A stretch of 59,963 nt of DNA from an uncultured Collinsella sp. (GCA_900546725.1 URDZ01000001.1:1-59963); one strand, 5' to 3'. Counted from the stretch's first letter, positions 10,702 through 19,412 are shown. The notes: generated by a model not told the origin, from the sequence alone. Numbers and translations: made by a program.

Positions 10702-10764
10702 GGTTATGTCCAATCGTGAAATGGCGTGCAGAAAAACAGCGCGACGCCACAACAGCGCCGCTTT

Positions 10765-10800
10765 CTAGGCGCTCATCCACGTGCGGAAAAGACCAACCAC
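10765..10800 (-). CDS. Putative leader peptide MVGLFRTWMSA
   Basis: AAAGGAGG RBS, GTG start, 11 codons, TAG inside an AGCGCC/GGCGCT hairpin upstream of the mef-like gene. Confidence 0.6.
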   Translation of the reverse strand: MVGLFRTWMSA

Positions 10801-10840
10801 GACACCCCTCCTTTGTTAATTCGGTCTGGCAAACCATGTA

Positions 10841-10870
10841 ATATTAACGAGGCTTGAGTTTGCCTGTCAA
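10841..10870 (-). promoter_or_regulatory. Sigma70-type promoter of the mef/msr operon
   Basis: TTGACA-18 nt-TAATAT on the minus strand. Confidence 0.65.
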
Positions 10871-10978
10871 GAATCGACCATCGGAAAGGGCAATCCTCTC
10901 TGGCCATTCGATTCCTTTTGTATCTTTGGTTGCATAGGTGACCCGCCAGGGCTATTACGCGTGGAAGAGGCGCCTGCC

Positions 10979-11056
10979 GAGCTGGCCGATGAGGCGCTGA
11001 AGATGGCCCTGGTCAGGCGAAACGATCCCAAGGGATGCGTACATCATTCGGATAGT
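10979..11056 (+). pseudogene. IS3-family transposase (rve) fragment
   Basis: Translates ELADEALKMALVRRNDPKGCVHHSDS, matching the HHSDxG region of IS3 integrase cores. Confidence 0.65.
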
Positions 11057-11294
11057 AAGAATGTTGCCAGCAGGTTTTGCGGCAACCGCAAAGGAGCCGT
11101 ATCCTGCAGCTGGAATCACGTTGCAGCATCCTGACCCGCATTCCGATTGGCGGACGGCCCGCTTCGGCATCCTGACCAGCACAGCGATCGAGCCTTGTCA
11201 TTCCTTGGATATGCCGGTTGCTCGGGGCGGTCCCGACGGAGGCCCTCGCCTCCCCGGTCCGTGACCCAAGAAGGGCAAGCATGCTGATCTGCAT

Positions 11295-11410
11295 GGCTGG
11301 TTCCTCCTTTATGTAGACGACCATGCAAAGAAGGGACAACCGAGGAGGCAGGTTGCTGATGCGGGCTCCCGCACGCCCATGACTACCCGACGGGCTGTTT
11401 TTCATCTCCG
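11295..11410 (-). ncRNA. yjdF riboswitch-like RNA, orphan copy
   Basis: Near-identical to 13633-13750; followed only by the codons MQIS before diverging from yjdF. Confidence 0.7.
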
Positions 11411-11529
11411 ATGCCCGCATTGCAGCATGAACGAATGTGCCTCGACATCTCTGCTGGCATGGTACGACTGGGATCGCACCTCGACGCATCCTTGCGCATA
11501 CTGCCTTCCAAGTTTCGAAACCGGGAAGG

Positions 11530-11706
11530 AAAGTGTATGTGAGCGACGATATCGGCGCCGATTCGACGCTCGAGAGGGAGATTGCGCCGATTCTATCCAT
11601 CGGGGATGCATTCCCGAAGATTCTCATCACTCGCACGAGGCATGAGCCCCATACCCGGGAGGGCGTGCTCGTGCTGAATTTCGCGAGGTGGCTGCTTGGC
11701 GGGTAG
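11530..11706 (+). pseudogene. C-terminal fragment of an AAA+/DUF4143 ATP-binding protein
   Basis: VSDDIGADSTLEREIAPILSIGDAFPKILITRTRHE...WLLGG* matches the typical C-terminus; N-terminus absent. Confidence 0.6.
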
Positions 11707-12555
11707 GGTTCTGAACGTCGCATTGGGATATCGCGCGACAGGGCACGCAGGGCTGTTTGTGCCCGCACGGGAAACGCCGTCGCCATGCGGGCGGCCTGTC
11801 GTGTCCGATTAGCCTTTTGCTAAACAGGCTTACGCCAACTCATGGGCAAGCCACCTGAGACTATTCACTTTGCTTATCGTTGACAAAGACCTGTGGCCTG
11901 CGGTTTTGTGAACGGCTCGTAAGCCCCCCGCGTCGACTCACTTACTGTTGAAGCTGGTGGTTTGCAGGCTCAAAGGCGGTTGAGTTTCAAAACGGGCGTT
12001 TTTCGGCGATATCGAGCCTCCAAAGGCGGCTCTCCGTGCCCCTTGGGACAAAAATAAAAACTCAATACTCTGAGTTTGAAAATGGTTTTTGAAGTTGTCC
12101 CAGCTTTTGTCCCCGAAGCCGATGAAACGCGACGTCGCGTCATTCAGCGGCACTCACTTCGAGATGCCGCCGAAAACTGGGTGCAACTGGAGTGACGAGA
12201 CGGCAAAACTATAACCACCGAGTGGGAATAGAAAATTCCTTAGTTATGGGGGTATAAATTTGATTTCCTTCAGGATAAACCCCCATGACTATATGAATTG
12301 ACCTGCTGACTTCAATGAAGATTGGAGGGTAACGGTCAGGGGTGACGGCCCAGCGAGTGTTATTTTGCGAGCTATGCGCATTGAAAGCGACCTTGCGTGT
12401 TATAAATTACTTGCCGGAAGCCGCGGCTTTCAGAGTACGGCTTACGTGTACGTTTAACCTCCGTGGGCGACGGGGTGCCGCAAGGCGTAGAATATCGCCC
12501 ACCTGTAGGGGTCTGCAGCGATGCGGGCCCCGCTTCGTATGAAGGGGCGTAACCG

Positions 12556-13004
12556 ATGAAGATCGTATCCATCCCCAGGACTTCTTCGACCTCGTCGAGG
12601 GCGACCGCGAGCTCATGCTTAAGCACAACCGTTCCTGCATCGTGGTGGTGAGGCTGCGTTTCCGCGGGAAGTGCAGGGACTTCGCCGTGCCGCTGCGTTC
12701 CAACATCGCCCCTAACGTGCCCAGAGACCAGTACTTTGCGTTGCTATCCCGCCCCACGGCGCGCCCCGGCTGCCGCCACGGCATCCACTACATCAAGATG
12801 TTCCCCATGACCAAGGCCTACCAGCGCCGCTTCAGGACCGTGGGCTCGGCCTACTACGAGACGCTCCAGCGCATCATCGACGGCAACACCAAGCGCATTG
12901 TCTCCGAGTGCCCGGCATACCTCGACCGCTACGAGCGCGAGGGAAGGCCTCGCTTTGCCGTCGACATCGACCGCATCGTGGGGCTGCTGGAGGGCGAGAA
13001 GTAG
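12556..13004 (+). pseudogene. Type III toxin-antitoxin toxin-like gene (TenpN/ToxN-like), frameshifted
   Basis: MKIVSI then a frame change near 12575 into QDFFDLVEGDRELMLKHNR...FAVPLRSNI...GIHYIKMFP; ~150 aa if restored; hairpin immediately upstream. Confidence 0.55.
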
Positions 13005-13212
13005 GGCGCCTCGGCTCAGTCTCGAGCCATGCGGAGTCGCTCCGCATTTTTGAACGCCGCGTGTGCGTCCCAAATACTTGAGAAACAAGCTGTGAAGTGC
13101 AGTGGTGCGCCCGTGCCCGTGCATAGCCGTCACCATCAGCGTCTACGCGGCGTCGGCTTCAAGTGGAACTGGCGCCGCTGCTGTATATGGTTTGCCTTGC
13201 TGCAAATGGCGA

Positions 13213-13632
13213 TCAATGCCCACGATGCTTCTGCTTGCGCTTCAGCTTTCGCTGCTCGAAGCGCGCCTCCGCCTCATCCGCGCGACGCTGACTTCTTGCT
13301 TGAGCCGACTCCCGCTTCATCGCTTCCCGCTGTGCCGCGAGCGCCTGTTGTGCCTTGGTGCTCACAGCGGGCCGCTTAAGGGTTTTCGCCGCCTCGCGAG
13401 CGCGTCGCTTGGGGCTCTTTGCGGGCTTGCTTGCCTCAGCCGGTTTGCTACCGAAGAACGAGAGCTTCTCCCATTTGCCGACAACGAATTGCAGAATCTC
13501 CTCATCGGACGGCTCCGCGCCGAAGACGATGCGGGCGACGCCATACCTTCCGCCCTCGACGTGCTCCGCCAGCCCGACCCAGAATTGGCCGTCGTGATAT
13601 ACGGTCAGGGTGGACGACACACTGATCTGCAT
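13213..13632 (-). CDS. yjdF: YjdF family protein (DUF2992)
   Basis: LTVYHDGQFWVG, FGAEPSD, STKAQQAL, C-terminal KRKQKHRGH; AAAGGAGG RBS. Confidence 0.9.
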   Translation of the reverse strand: MQISVSSTLTVYHDGQFWVGLAEHVEGGRYGVARIVFGAEPSDEEILQFVVGKWEKLSFFGSKPAEASKPAKSPKRRAREAAKTLKRPAVSTKAQQALAAQREAMKRESAQARSQRRADEAEARFEQRKLKRKQKHRGH

Positions 13633-13750
13633 GGTTGGTTCCTCCTTTATGTAGTTGACCATGCAGAGAAGGGACAACCAAGGAGGCAGGTTACTGATGC
13701 GGACTCCCGCACGCCCACGACTACCCGACGGGGACTGTGTTTTCATCTCT
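13633..13750 (-). ncRNA. yjdF riboswitch
   Basis: Leader AAAACACAGTCCCCGTCGGGTAGTCG...CAGTAACCTGCCTCCTTGGTTGTCC upstream of yjdF, with anti-SD CCTCCTT; extended -10 TGCTACAAT at 13768-13760. Confidence 0.82.
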
Positions 13751-13849
13751 GGTGGTTGGATTGTAGCACGTGCGGACGCGCCCTTCATCGCTGCCGACAT
13801 GGCGCGACTGGGACTCGCTCCTCGACGCATCCTTCTGTAGATTGCCATT

Positions 13850-13890
13850 CCGGTTTCGAAACTTTAAAAAAATTCAAGTTTCGAAACCGG
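13850..13890. repeat. Perfect 15-bp inverted repeat made of two self-palindromic half-sites
   Basis: CCGGTTTCGAAACTT-11 nt-AAGTTTCGAAACCGG. Confidence 0.8.
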
Positions 13891-14002
13891 GAAGGGGAAC
13901 ACGAACAAGAGATGCGATCTGCAGACGACTGAATAGCTCCATCTGTTTTGGTTACAACAAAATATGTGCCGCAAGCCTGCGGCATGAAGGAGGGAGATTT
14001 CT

Positions 14003-14533
14003 ATGAATATCGTTGTGTTGAGCGGCAGTCCACGTAAGGGCGCCAATACCGATACCATGGTCGAGGCGTTTGCCGAGACCGCGCGTGAGGCCGGCCATGC
14101 GGTCGAGGTCGTCCGCGTTGCCAGCAAGAAGATCGCTGGTTGCCTGGGATGCCAGTACTGCTTTGCCCATAAGGGCACCTGCGTGCAGAAGGACGACATG
14201 ACCGGCGTGATCGAGTTGCTGAAAGACGCCGACATGGTTGTCTTCGCTTCGCCTATCTACTGGTTCGACATCACCGCGCAGGAGAAAGCCGCCATCGACC
14301 GCCTGTACGCCTTCGGTGCCACGGGATTCCCGTTCACTAAGACGGCCCTTTTGCTTGATAGTCACAGCGAGGGCGTCTATGATGCGGCGATCGCCATGTA
14401 CAAGTCCGCATGCGCATACTGCAAGTGGGAGGACCAGGGCATCGTCACCATCAGCGGTATGACTGAGCGTGACAGCATGGCCTCCTCGCCCAAGTTGGAA
14501 GAGGTGCGAGAGCTCGCTCGCAAGTTCGCCTAA
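14003..14533 (+). CDS. Flavodoxin family / iron-sulfur flavoprotein (NADPH-dependent FMN reductase fold)
   Basis: SGSPRKGANT, CLGCQYC...C, ASPIYW; AAGGAGG RBS. Confidence 0.9.
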   Translation: MNIVVLSGSPRKGANTDTMVEAFAETAREAGHAVEVVRVASKKIAGCLGCQYCFAHKGTCVQKDDMTGVIELLKDADMVVFASPIYWFDITAQEKAAIDRLYAFGATGFPFTKTALLLDSHSEGVYDAAIAMYKSACAYCKWEDQGIVTISGMTERDSMASSPKLEEVRELARKFA

Positions 14534-14629
14534 GGACAATAAGAACGCACGGCGATCAGCGCTAACCGAAGTGCTTGTTGCTCTTACCAAGAGGATTGCT
14601 GATTGCCATGCGTGGCTGTTGACATTTCC

Positions 14630-14686
14630 TTTTGCAAGTTTTGGTATTTTTTGCAAGCTTTGCTAATTTTTGCAAATTTTGCTAAC
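14630..14686. repeat. Three imperfect ~20-bp AT-rich tandem repeats
   Basis: TTTTGCAAGTTTTGGTA / TTTTGCAAGCTTTGCTA / TTTTGCAAATTTTGCTA. Confidence 0.65.
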
Positions 14687-14712
14687 GACAGTACCAGGCC
14701 TTTCGCTTGACG

Positions 14713-14746
14713 AAAAGGCCCAGGCGGTTGTGTCGCCTGGGCCTTT
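14713..14746. terminator. Intrinsic terminator
   Basis: AAAAGGCCCAGGCG-loop-CGCCTGGGCCTTT between convergent genes. Confidence 0.8.
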
Positions 14747-14787
14747 AACTGTTCCTAAATCATGTGCCTGATGAAGAGTTCTGGCTT

Positions 14788-17025
14788 TTAGTCAAACAGA
14801 CTCGGCATGTCGTTTTCCTTCATGAGGGCACCAGCGGAGGGCAGACTCTGCGCGGTGAACTTCTCGGCCGAGACGCCGGCGCCAAGAATCTCCTCGGTCG
14901 TGCCGACGGTGGTGACCGAGCGGCCCTTCTTGGCCGTAAAGGCCTGGACGCCCTGCGTGTTGGTGGTCGTCTTGGTCTTGAGCAACGACGTGTTGAAGTT
15001 CATCAGGCGGTAGTCGCTCGAGACCAGAGCAATGTCGCGATCCTCTTTGAGCACCTGGGCATACAGCAGCTTGCTGCCGCCGTAAATGGCGTTCTTCAGG
15101 CGCTTGCGGTTGGTCTTGGTGACGTATCCGGAGAGCGCGACGCGCACCACGCGACCGTTCTCAAAGACAAACAGCACGTCGGCCTTGTAGTCCTCGGGGT
15201 CGATGACCCAGATGACGCTCTCGTCAGGTTCCATCTCAAGGTCGGTCGGCAGGTACGAGCCCAGCTGGGCCGACTTGGTGTCCTCAAACTGCGCGACCTT
15301 GCACTTGTACACCTGGCTCTTGTTGGTAAAGACCAGCAGCTCGTGCGTGTTGGAGGACGGGAACTCGATAAAGGGCTTATCGCCGTCCTTGTACTTGAGC
15401 GTGGCAGCCTTTTTGAGCACGCGGTCGGTCATCTTCTTGAGGTAGCCGTCGCGCGAGAGCATGATGGTAACCGGGTACTCCTCGACCTCGGGCTCCAGAC
15501 TCACCTCGATAACCTCGTGGGGCTCGATCCTGCCCGTGCGGCGCGGCATCACGTACTTCTTGTTGACGGCTGCCAGCTCGTCGCTGATGACCTTCTTGAT
15601 GTTCTCCTCGCTGGAGAGGATCTCCTCAAGCTCGGCAATCTCACCCTCGAGTTTGGCGATGTCCTTGGTGCGGTTGAGGATGTACTCCTCGTTGATGTTG
15701 CGGAGCTTGAGCTCGGCAACAAATTCTGCCTGGGTTTCGTCGATGTCGAAACCCTTCATAAGGTTGGGCACGACCTCGGCCTCGAGCTTGGTGCCACGGA
15801 TGATGGCGATGGCCTTGTCGATGTCGAGCAGGATCGCCTCGAGGCCGTGCAGCAGGTGCAGGCGTTCGGACTTTTTGCCCAGGTCAAAGTTAATGCGGCG
15901 GCGCGTGGACTGAATGCGCCACGCAACCCACTCGTGCAGGATCTGGCGCACGCCCATAACGCGGGGATAGCCGTCGACCAGCACGTTAAAATTGCACGAG
16001 AACGAATCCTGCAGCGTGGTCGAGCGATAGAGCTTGGCCATGAGCTTGTCGGGGTCGACACCACGCTTAAGGTCGATAGCGATGCGCAGGCCCGAAAGGT
16101 CGGTCTCGTCGCGGATGTCGGCGATCTCCTTGACCTTGCCCTCCTTGGAGAGCTTGACGATGCGCTCGATGATGACATCGGTCTTGGTGGTGTAGGGGAT
16201 CTCGTAGACCTCGATGATGCGCTCTTCGGGAATCCAGCGCCAGCGAGAGCGAATCTGGAAGCTGCCAAGGCCGGTCTCGACGATCTTCTCCATCTCCTCG
16301 CGGCGGTAGATGATCTCGCCGCCGGTTGAGAAGTCGGGCATGGGCATGTATTCGAGCAGGTCGCAGTCGGGGTCCTTAAGGTAGTGCATCGTGGCGGTGC
16401 AGACCTCGTTGAGGTTGAAGCCGCAAATGTCGGATGCCATGGCGACGCCGATGCCCTTGTTGGCCGAGACGAGGATGTTGGGGAACGTGGTGGGCAGCAG
16501 GCGCGGCTCCTTCATGGCGCCGTCGTAGCTGTCGATAAAGTCGACCGGGTCCTTGTCGATGTCCTTGAAGATCTCGGCACTGATGGGGGAGAGCTTGGCC
16601 TCGGTATAACGCGAGGCGGCGTAGCTCAGGTCGCCCGAATAGTACTTGCCAAAGTTGCCCTTCGACTCCACGAAGGGGGCGAGCAGTGCCTCGTTGCCGG
16701 TGGCCAGGCGCACCATCGTCTCGTAGATCGCGGCGTCGCCGTGCGGGTTAAGCTTCATGGTCTGACCTACGATGTTGGCACTCTTCTGGCGCTCGCCCTT
16801 GAGCAGGCCCATCTTGTACATGGTGTAGAGCAGCTTGCGGTGCGAGGGTTTAAAGCCGTCGATCTCGGGGAACGCACGCGAGACGTTGACGCTCATGGCG
16901 TAGGGCATGTAGTTGACCTCGAGCGTCTGCGTGATCGGCTGGTCGGTGACCTCGGAGTGCAGGCCGATGACGTTCTCGGCGTTGACCTGCTTTTTCTTTG
17001 GCTGGTTCGTCTTCTTCTTTGCCAC
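14788..17025 (-). CDS. Type IIA DNA topoisomerase subunit A (GyrA/ParC family, Topo IV-like)
   Basis: [16 protein letters not shown], catalytic AASRYTE; no GyrA-box seen. Confidence 0.92.
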   Translation of the reverse strand: MAKKKTNQPKKKQVNAENVIGLHSEVTDQPITQTLEVNYMPYAMSVNVSRAFPEIDGFKPSHRKLLYTMYKMGLLKGERQKSANIVGQTMKLNPHGDAAIYETMVRLATGNEALLAPFVESKGNFGKYYSGDLSYAASRYTEAKLSPISAEIFKDIDKDPVDFIDSYDGAMKEPRLLPTTFPNILVSANKGIGVAMASDICGFNLNEVCTATMHYLKDPDCDLLEYMPMPDFSTGGEIIYRREEMEKIVETGLGSFQIRSRWRWIPEERIIEVYEIPYTTKTDVIIERIVKLSKEGKVKEIADIRDETDLSGLRIAIDLKRGVDPDKLMAKLYRSTTLQDSFSCNFNVLVDGYPRVMGVRQILHEWVAWRIQSTRRRINFDLGKKSERLHLLHGLEAILLDIDKAIAIIRGTKLEAEVVPNLMKGFDIDETQAEFVAELKLRNINEEYILNRTKDIAKLEGEIAELEEILSSEENIKKVISDELAAVNKKYVMPRRTGRIEPHEVIEVSLEPEVEEYPVTIMLSRDGYLKKMTDRVLKKAATLKYKDGDKPFIEFPSSNTHELLVFTNKSQVYKCKVAQFEDTKSAQLGSYLPTDLEMEPDESVIWVIDPEDYKADVLFVFENGRVVRVALSGYVTKTNRKRLKNAIYGGSKLLYAQVLKEDRDIALVSSDYRLMNFNTSLLKTKTTTNTQGVQAFTAKKGRSVTTVGTTEEILGAGVSAEKFTAQSLPSAGALMKENDMPSLFD

Positions 17026-17070
17026 GATTTCCTCTTGAACTTCTTATGGGCCGTCGTTATCGATGTGCTG

Positions 17071-19068
17071 CTACTGCAGGTCCAGCTGATCCAGGTATTC
17101 CTTGCCGTGCTCGGAGATGTGGCGCTTGCGACCCGCCTCGTCGTTGCCCAGCAACAGGTTGAACATGGTCTCCATCTTGGTGACGTCCTCGGGCTCCACC
17201 TTGATCAGGCGACGCGTCTCGGGGTTCATGGTGGTGAGCCACATCATGTCCGGATCGTTCTCACCAAGACCCTTGGAGCGGTTGATCGAACACTTCTGGT
17301 CGCCGATCTCCTTAAGGATGCCGTTCTTCTCGAGCTCGGTGTAGGCAAAGTAAGTTTTCTCTTTGCAGTTGATCTCGTAGAGCGGCGACTCGGCGATATA
17401 CACGTAACCCTCGTCGATAAGCGTGGGTACCAGGCGATAGAGCATGGTGAGCACGAGTGTGCGGATGTGATAACCGTCGACGTCGGCGTCCGTACAGATG
17501 ATGACCTTGTTCCAGTTAAGGTTGTCCAGGTCGAAGGCGCCAAGGTTCTTGATGCGCTTGTCCTTGATCTCCACGCCGCAGCCCAGCACGCGCATGAGGT
17601 CCATGATGATGTCGGACTTAAAGATGCGCGGGTAGTCCTCCTTCAGGCAGTTGAGAATCTTACCGCGGACGGGCATGACGCCCTGGAACTCGGCATCGCG
17701 CGAGGTGCGAATGGCGCCTGCTGCCGAGTCGCCCTCTACGATGTAGATCTCGCGGCGGCTCTTGTCCTTGGAGCGACAGTCGATGAACTTCTGCACGCGG
17801 TTGGCCATGTCGGTCTTCTGCTGCAGGTTGGTCTTGATGCTCTGGCGCGTCTTCTCGGCATTCTCGCGCGAGCGCTTGTTGATGAGCACCTGCTCCATGA
17901 TCTTATTGGCGGCGTTCTTGTTCTCGATCAAGTAGGTCGAGAGCCGCTCCTTAAAGAAGGCGGTCATGGCCTGCTGGATAAAGCGGTTGTTGATGGCCTT
18001 CTTGGTCTGGTTCTCGTAGGACGTCTGGGTGGAGAAGCAGTTGGTCACCAGCACCAGGCAGTCCTGGACGTCTTGCCACTTAATGCCGCTCTCGTTTTTG
18101 TTGTACTTGCCTTGGCTCTTAATGTAAGCATCGATGGCGCTGGTCAGAGCACTGCGTGCGGCCTTCTCGGGCGAGCCGCCGTTCTCGAGCCACGACGAGT
18201 TGTGGTAGTACTCCTGCATCGTGAAGGTGCGCGAGAAGCACATGCACGCGGTGATCTTTACGTTGTAGTCGGGCAGGTCCTCGCGATCGCGACCGCGGCG
18301 GTCGGCCTCGATAAAGAAAGGCTCGGTGAGGTAATCGGTTCCGACCTTCTCGAGCACGTAGTCCTCGATGCCCTTGGGGTAGCAAAAATCCTCTTCGGCA
18401 AACTCGCCATCGTCGCCCTCAATGCGCAGACGGAAAGTCACGTTGGCGTTGACCACGGCCTGACGGCGCATGGTCTCGCGATACCAATCGTGGGGAATGC
18501 TGATGGAGGTAAAGACCTCGAGGTCGGGACGCCACTTGATGGTAGTGCCGGTGCGGTTCTCGTCGCTGGGCTCAATCTCGAGTGCCTTCTTCTTGGCGCC
18601 GACGACCTTGCCCTTTTTAAAGTGCAGGGAATACTTGTTGCCGTCGCGCCAGACCGTGACGTCCATGTATTCGGAGGCATACTGAGTCGCGCACGAGCCC
18701 AGGCCGTTGGTGCCGAGCGAGAAATCGTAGTCGCCGCCCTGGTTATTGTTGTACTTGCCGCCGGCGTAGAGCTCACAAAAGACGAGCTCCCAGTTAAAGC
18801 GCTTCTCGGAGGGGTTCCAGTCGAGCGGGCAGCCACGGCCGTTGTCCTCTACCTGGATAGAGCCATCGCGAAAGGCGGTAAGGGTGATGAGCTTGCCGTA
18901 GCCCTGGCGCGCCTCGTCAACGGCGTTGGACAGGATCTCGAAGGCGGCATGTGCGCAGCCGTCGAGTCCGTCCGAGCCAAAGATGACGGCGGGACGCAGG
19001 CGTACGCGCTCCTCGTCCTTGAGCTGACGAATACTGTCGTTACCATAGTTTGCGGTGTTTTTTGCCAT
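17071..19068 (-). CDS. Type IIA DNA topoisomerase subunit B (GyrB/ParE family)
   Basis: NAVDE, DNGRG, EGDSA, PVRGKILN, DADVDG, KGLGE. Confidence 0.92.
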   Translation of the reverse strand: MAKNTANYGNDSIRQLKDEERVRLRPAVIFGSDGLDGCAHAAFEILSNAVDEARQGYGKLITLTAFRDGSIQVEDNGRGCPLDWNPSEKRFNWELVFCELYAGGKYNNNQGGDYDFSLGTNGLGSCATQYASEYMDVTVWRDGNKYSLHFKKGKVVGAKKKALEIEPSDENRTGTTIKWRPDLEVFTSISIPHDWYRETMRRQAVVNANVTFRLRIEGDDGEFAEEDFCYPKGIEDYVLEKVGTDYLTEPFFIEADRRGRDREDLPDYNVKITACMCFSRTFTMQEYYHNSSWLENGGSPEKAARSALTSAIDAYIKSQGKYNKNESGIKWQDVQDCLVLVTNCFSTQTSYENQTKKAINNRFIQQAMTAFFKERLSTYLIENKNAANKIMEQVLINKRSRENAEKTRQSIKTNLQQKTDMANRVQKFIDCRSKDKSRREIYIVEGDSAAGAIRTSRDAEFQGVMPVRGKILNCLKEDYPRIFKSDIIMDLMRVLGCGVEIKDKRIKNLGAFDLDNLNWNKVIICTDADVDGYHIRTLVLTMLYRLVPTLIDEGYVYIAESPLYEINCKEKTYFAYTELEKNGILKEIGDQKCSINRSKGLGENDPDMMWLTTMNPETRRLIKVEPEDVTKMETMFNLLLGNDEAGRKRHISEHGKEYLDQLDLQ

Positions 19069-19167
19069 GCTCGCTCTCTTGGTGCTTCCTCTTGTGCATT
19101 TAAGTCGTATAAATAGTCAAGGTAGCATAGCCCAGCCCGTGGGCGATTCCACCCAACACGAAATCCA

Positions 19168-19183
19168 TCGAACAATCGTTCGA
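19168..19183. promoter_or_regulatory. LexA (SOS) box
   Basis: TCGAAC-AATC-GTTCGA, the actinobacterial consensus, 100 bp upstream of the topoisomerase B start. Confidence 0.7.
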
Positions 19184-19376
19184 ACTTAGGCTGAAAAGAG
19201 CTCACTCGCACAAAACCGAGTCGGTTTTGTCCGAGTAAGTTTGAAGACGGCCGAATGTGTCTTGCTGCGTTTGCGGTTGGATACGTTGTCGAAGACGTGT
19301 CGTGCGGATTGTTGGCGAAAAGACGGCGTGCCAAGCTCGAGGCAGAACTCGACTCCACTGACGATATCTAATGCGT

Positions 19377-19412
19377 AATGGGCTGGCTCTGGGTATCCAG
19401 AACCAGCCCATT
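19377..19412. terminator. Stem-loop, probable terminator
   Basis: AATGGGCTGGCTCTGG...CCAGAACCAGCCCATT downstream of the large surface-protein gene. Confidence 0.6.

Larger units (their letters stand above)
7461..12231. mobile_element. Integrase-less genomic island at the guaA 3' end
   Basis: Direct repeat ACCATTGAGTGGGAGTAG (7461-7478) and ACCACCGAGTGGGAATAG (12214-12231), 15/18 identical; inverted TGAGTGCCGC sites at 7505-7514 and 12147-12156. Confidence 0.75.

Noticed and set aside
11126..11181. GCATCCTGACC direct repeat 41 bp apart as a mini-CRISPR
   Set aside because: Only two short copies and no cas genes
12460..12550. HDV-like ribozyme reading of the RNA upstream of the toxin
   Set aside because: P1.1, P3 and J4/2 elements could not be placed
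13633..13848. N-terminal extension of the 211-aa ORF, shared with ORF 11013-11786
   Set aside because: The similarity comes from the duplicated riboswitch DNA; the real start is ATG 13632 after AAAGGAGG
14764..19116. Long plus-strand ORFs (521 and 910 aa) opposite the topoisomerase genes, and similar ones opposite guaA, prfC and the ABC fusion
   Set aside because: Antisense shadows expected from high-GC codon bias; no motifs or RBS
19261..19371. Reading frame ending LLAKRRRAKLEAELDSTDDI* before a hairpin
   Set aside because: No start or RBS; at most an unassignable gene remnant
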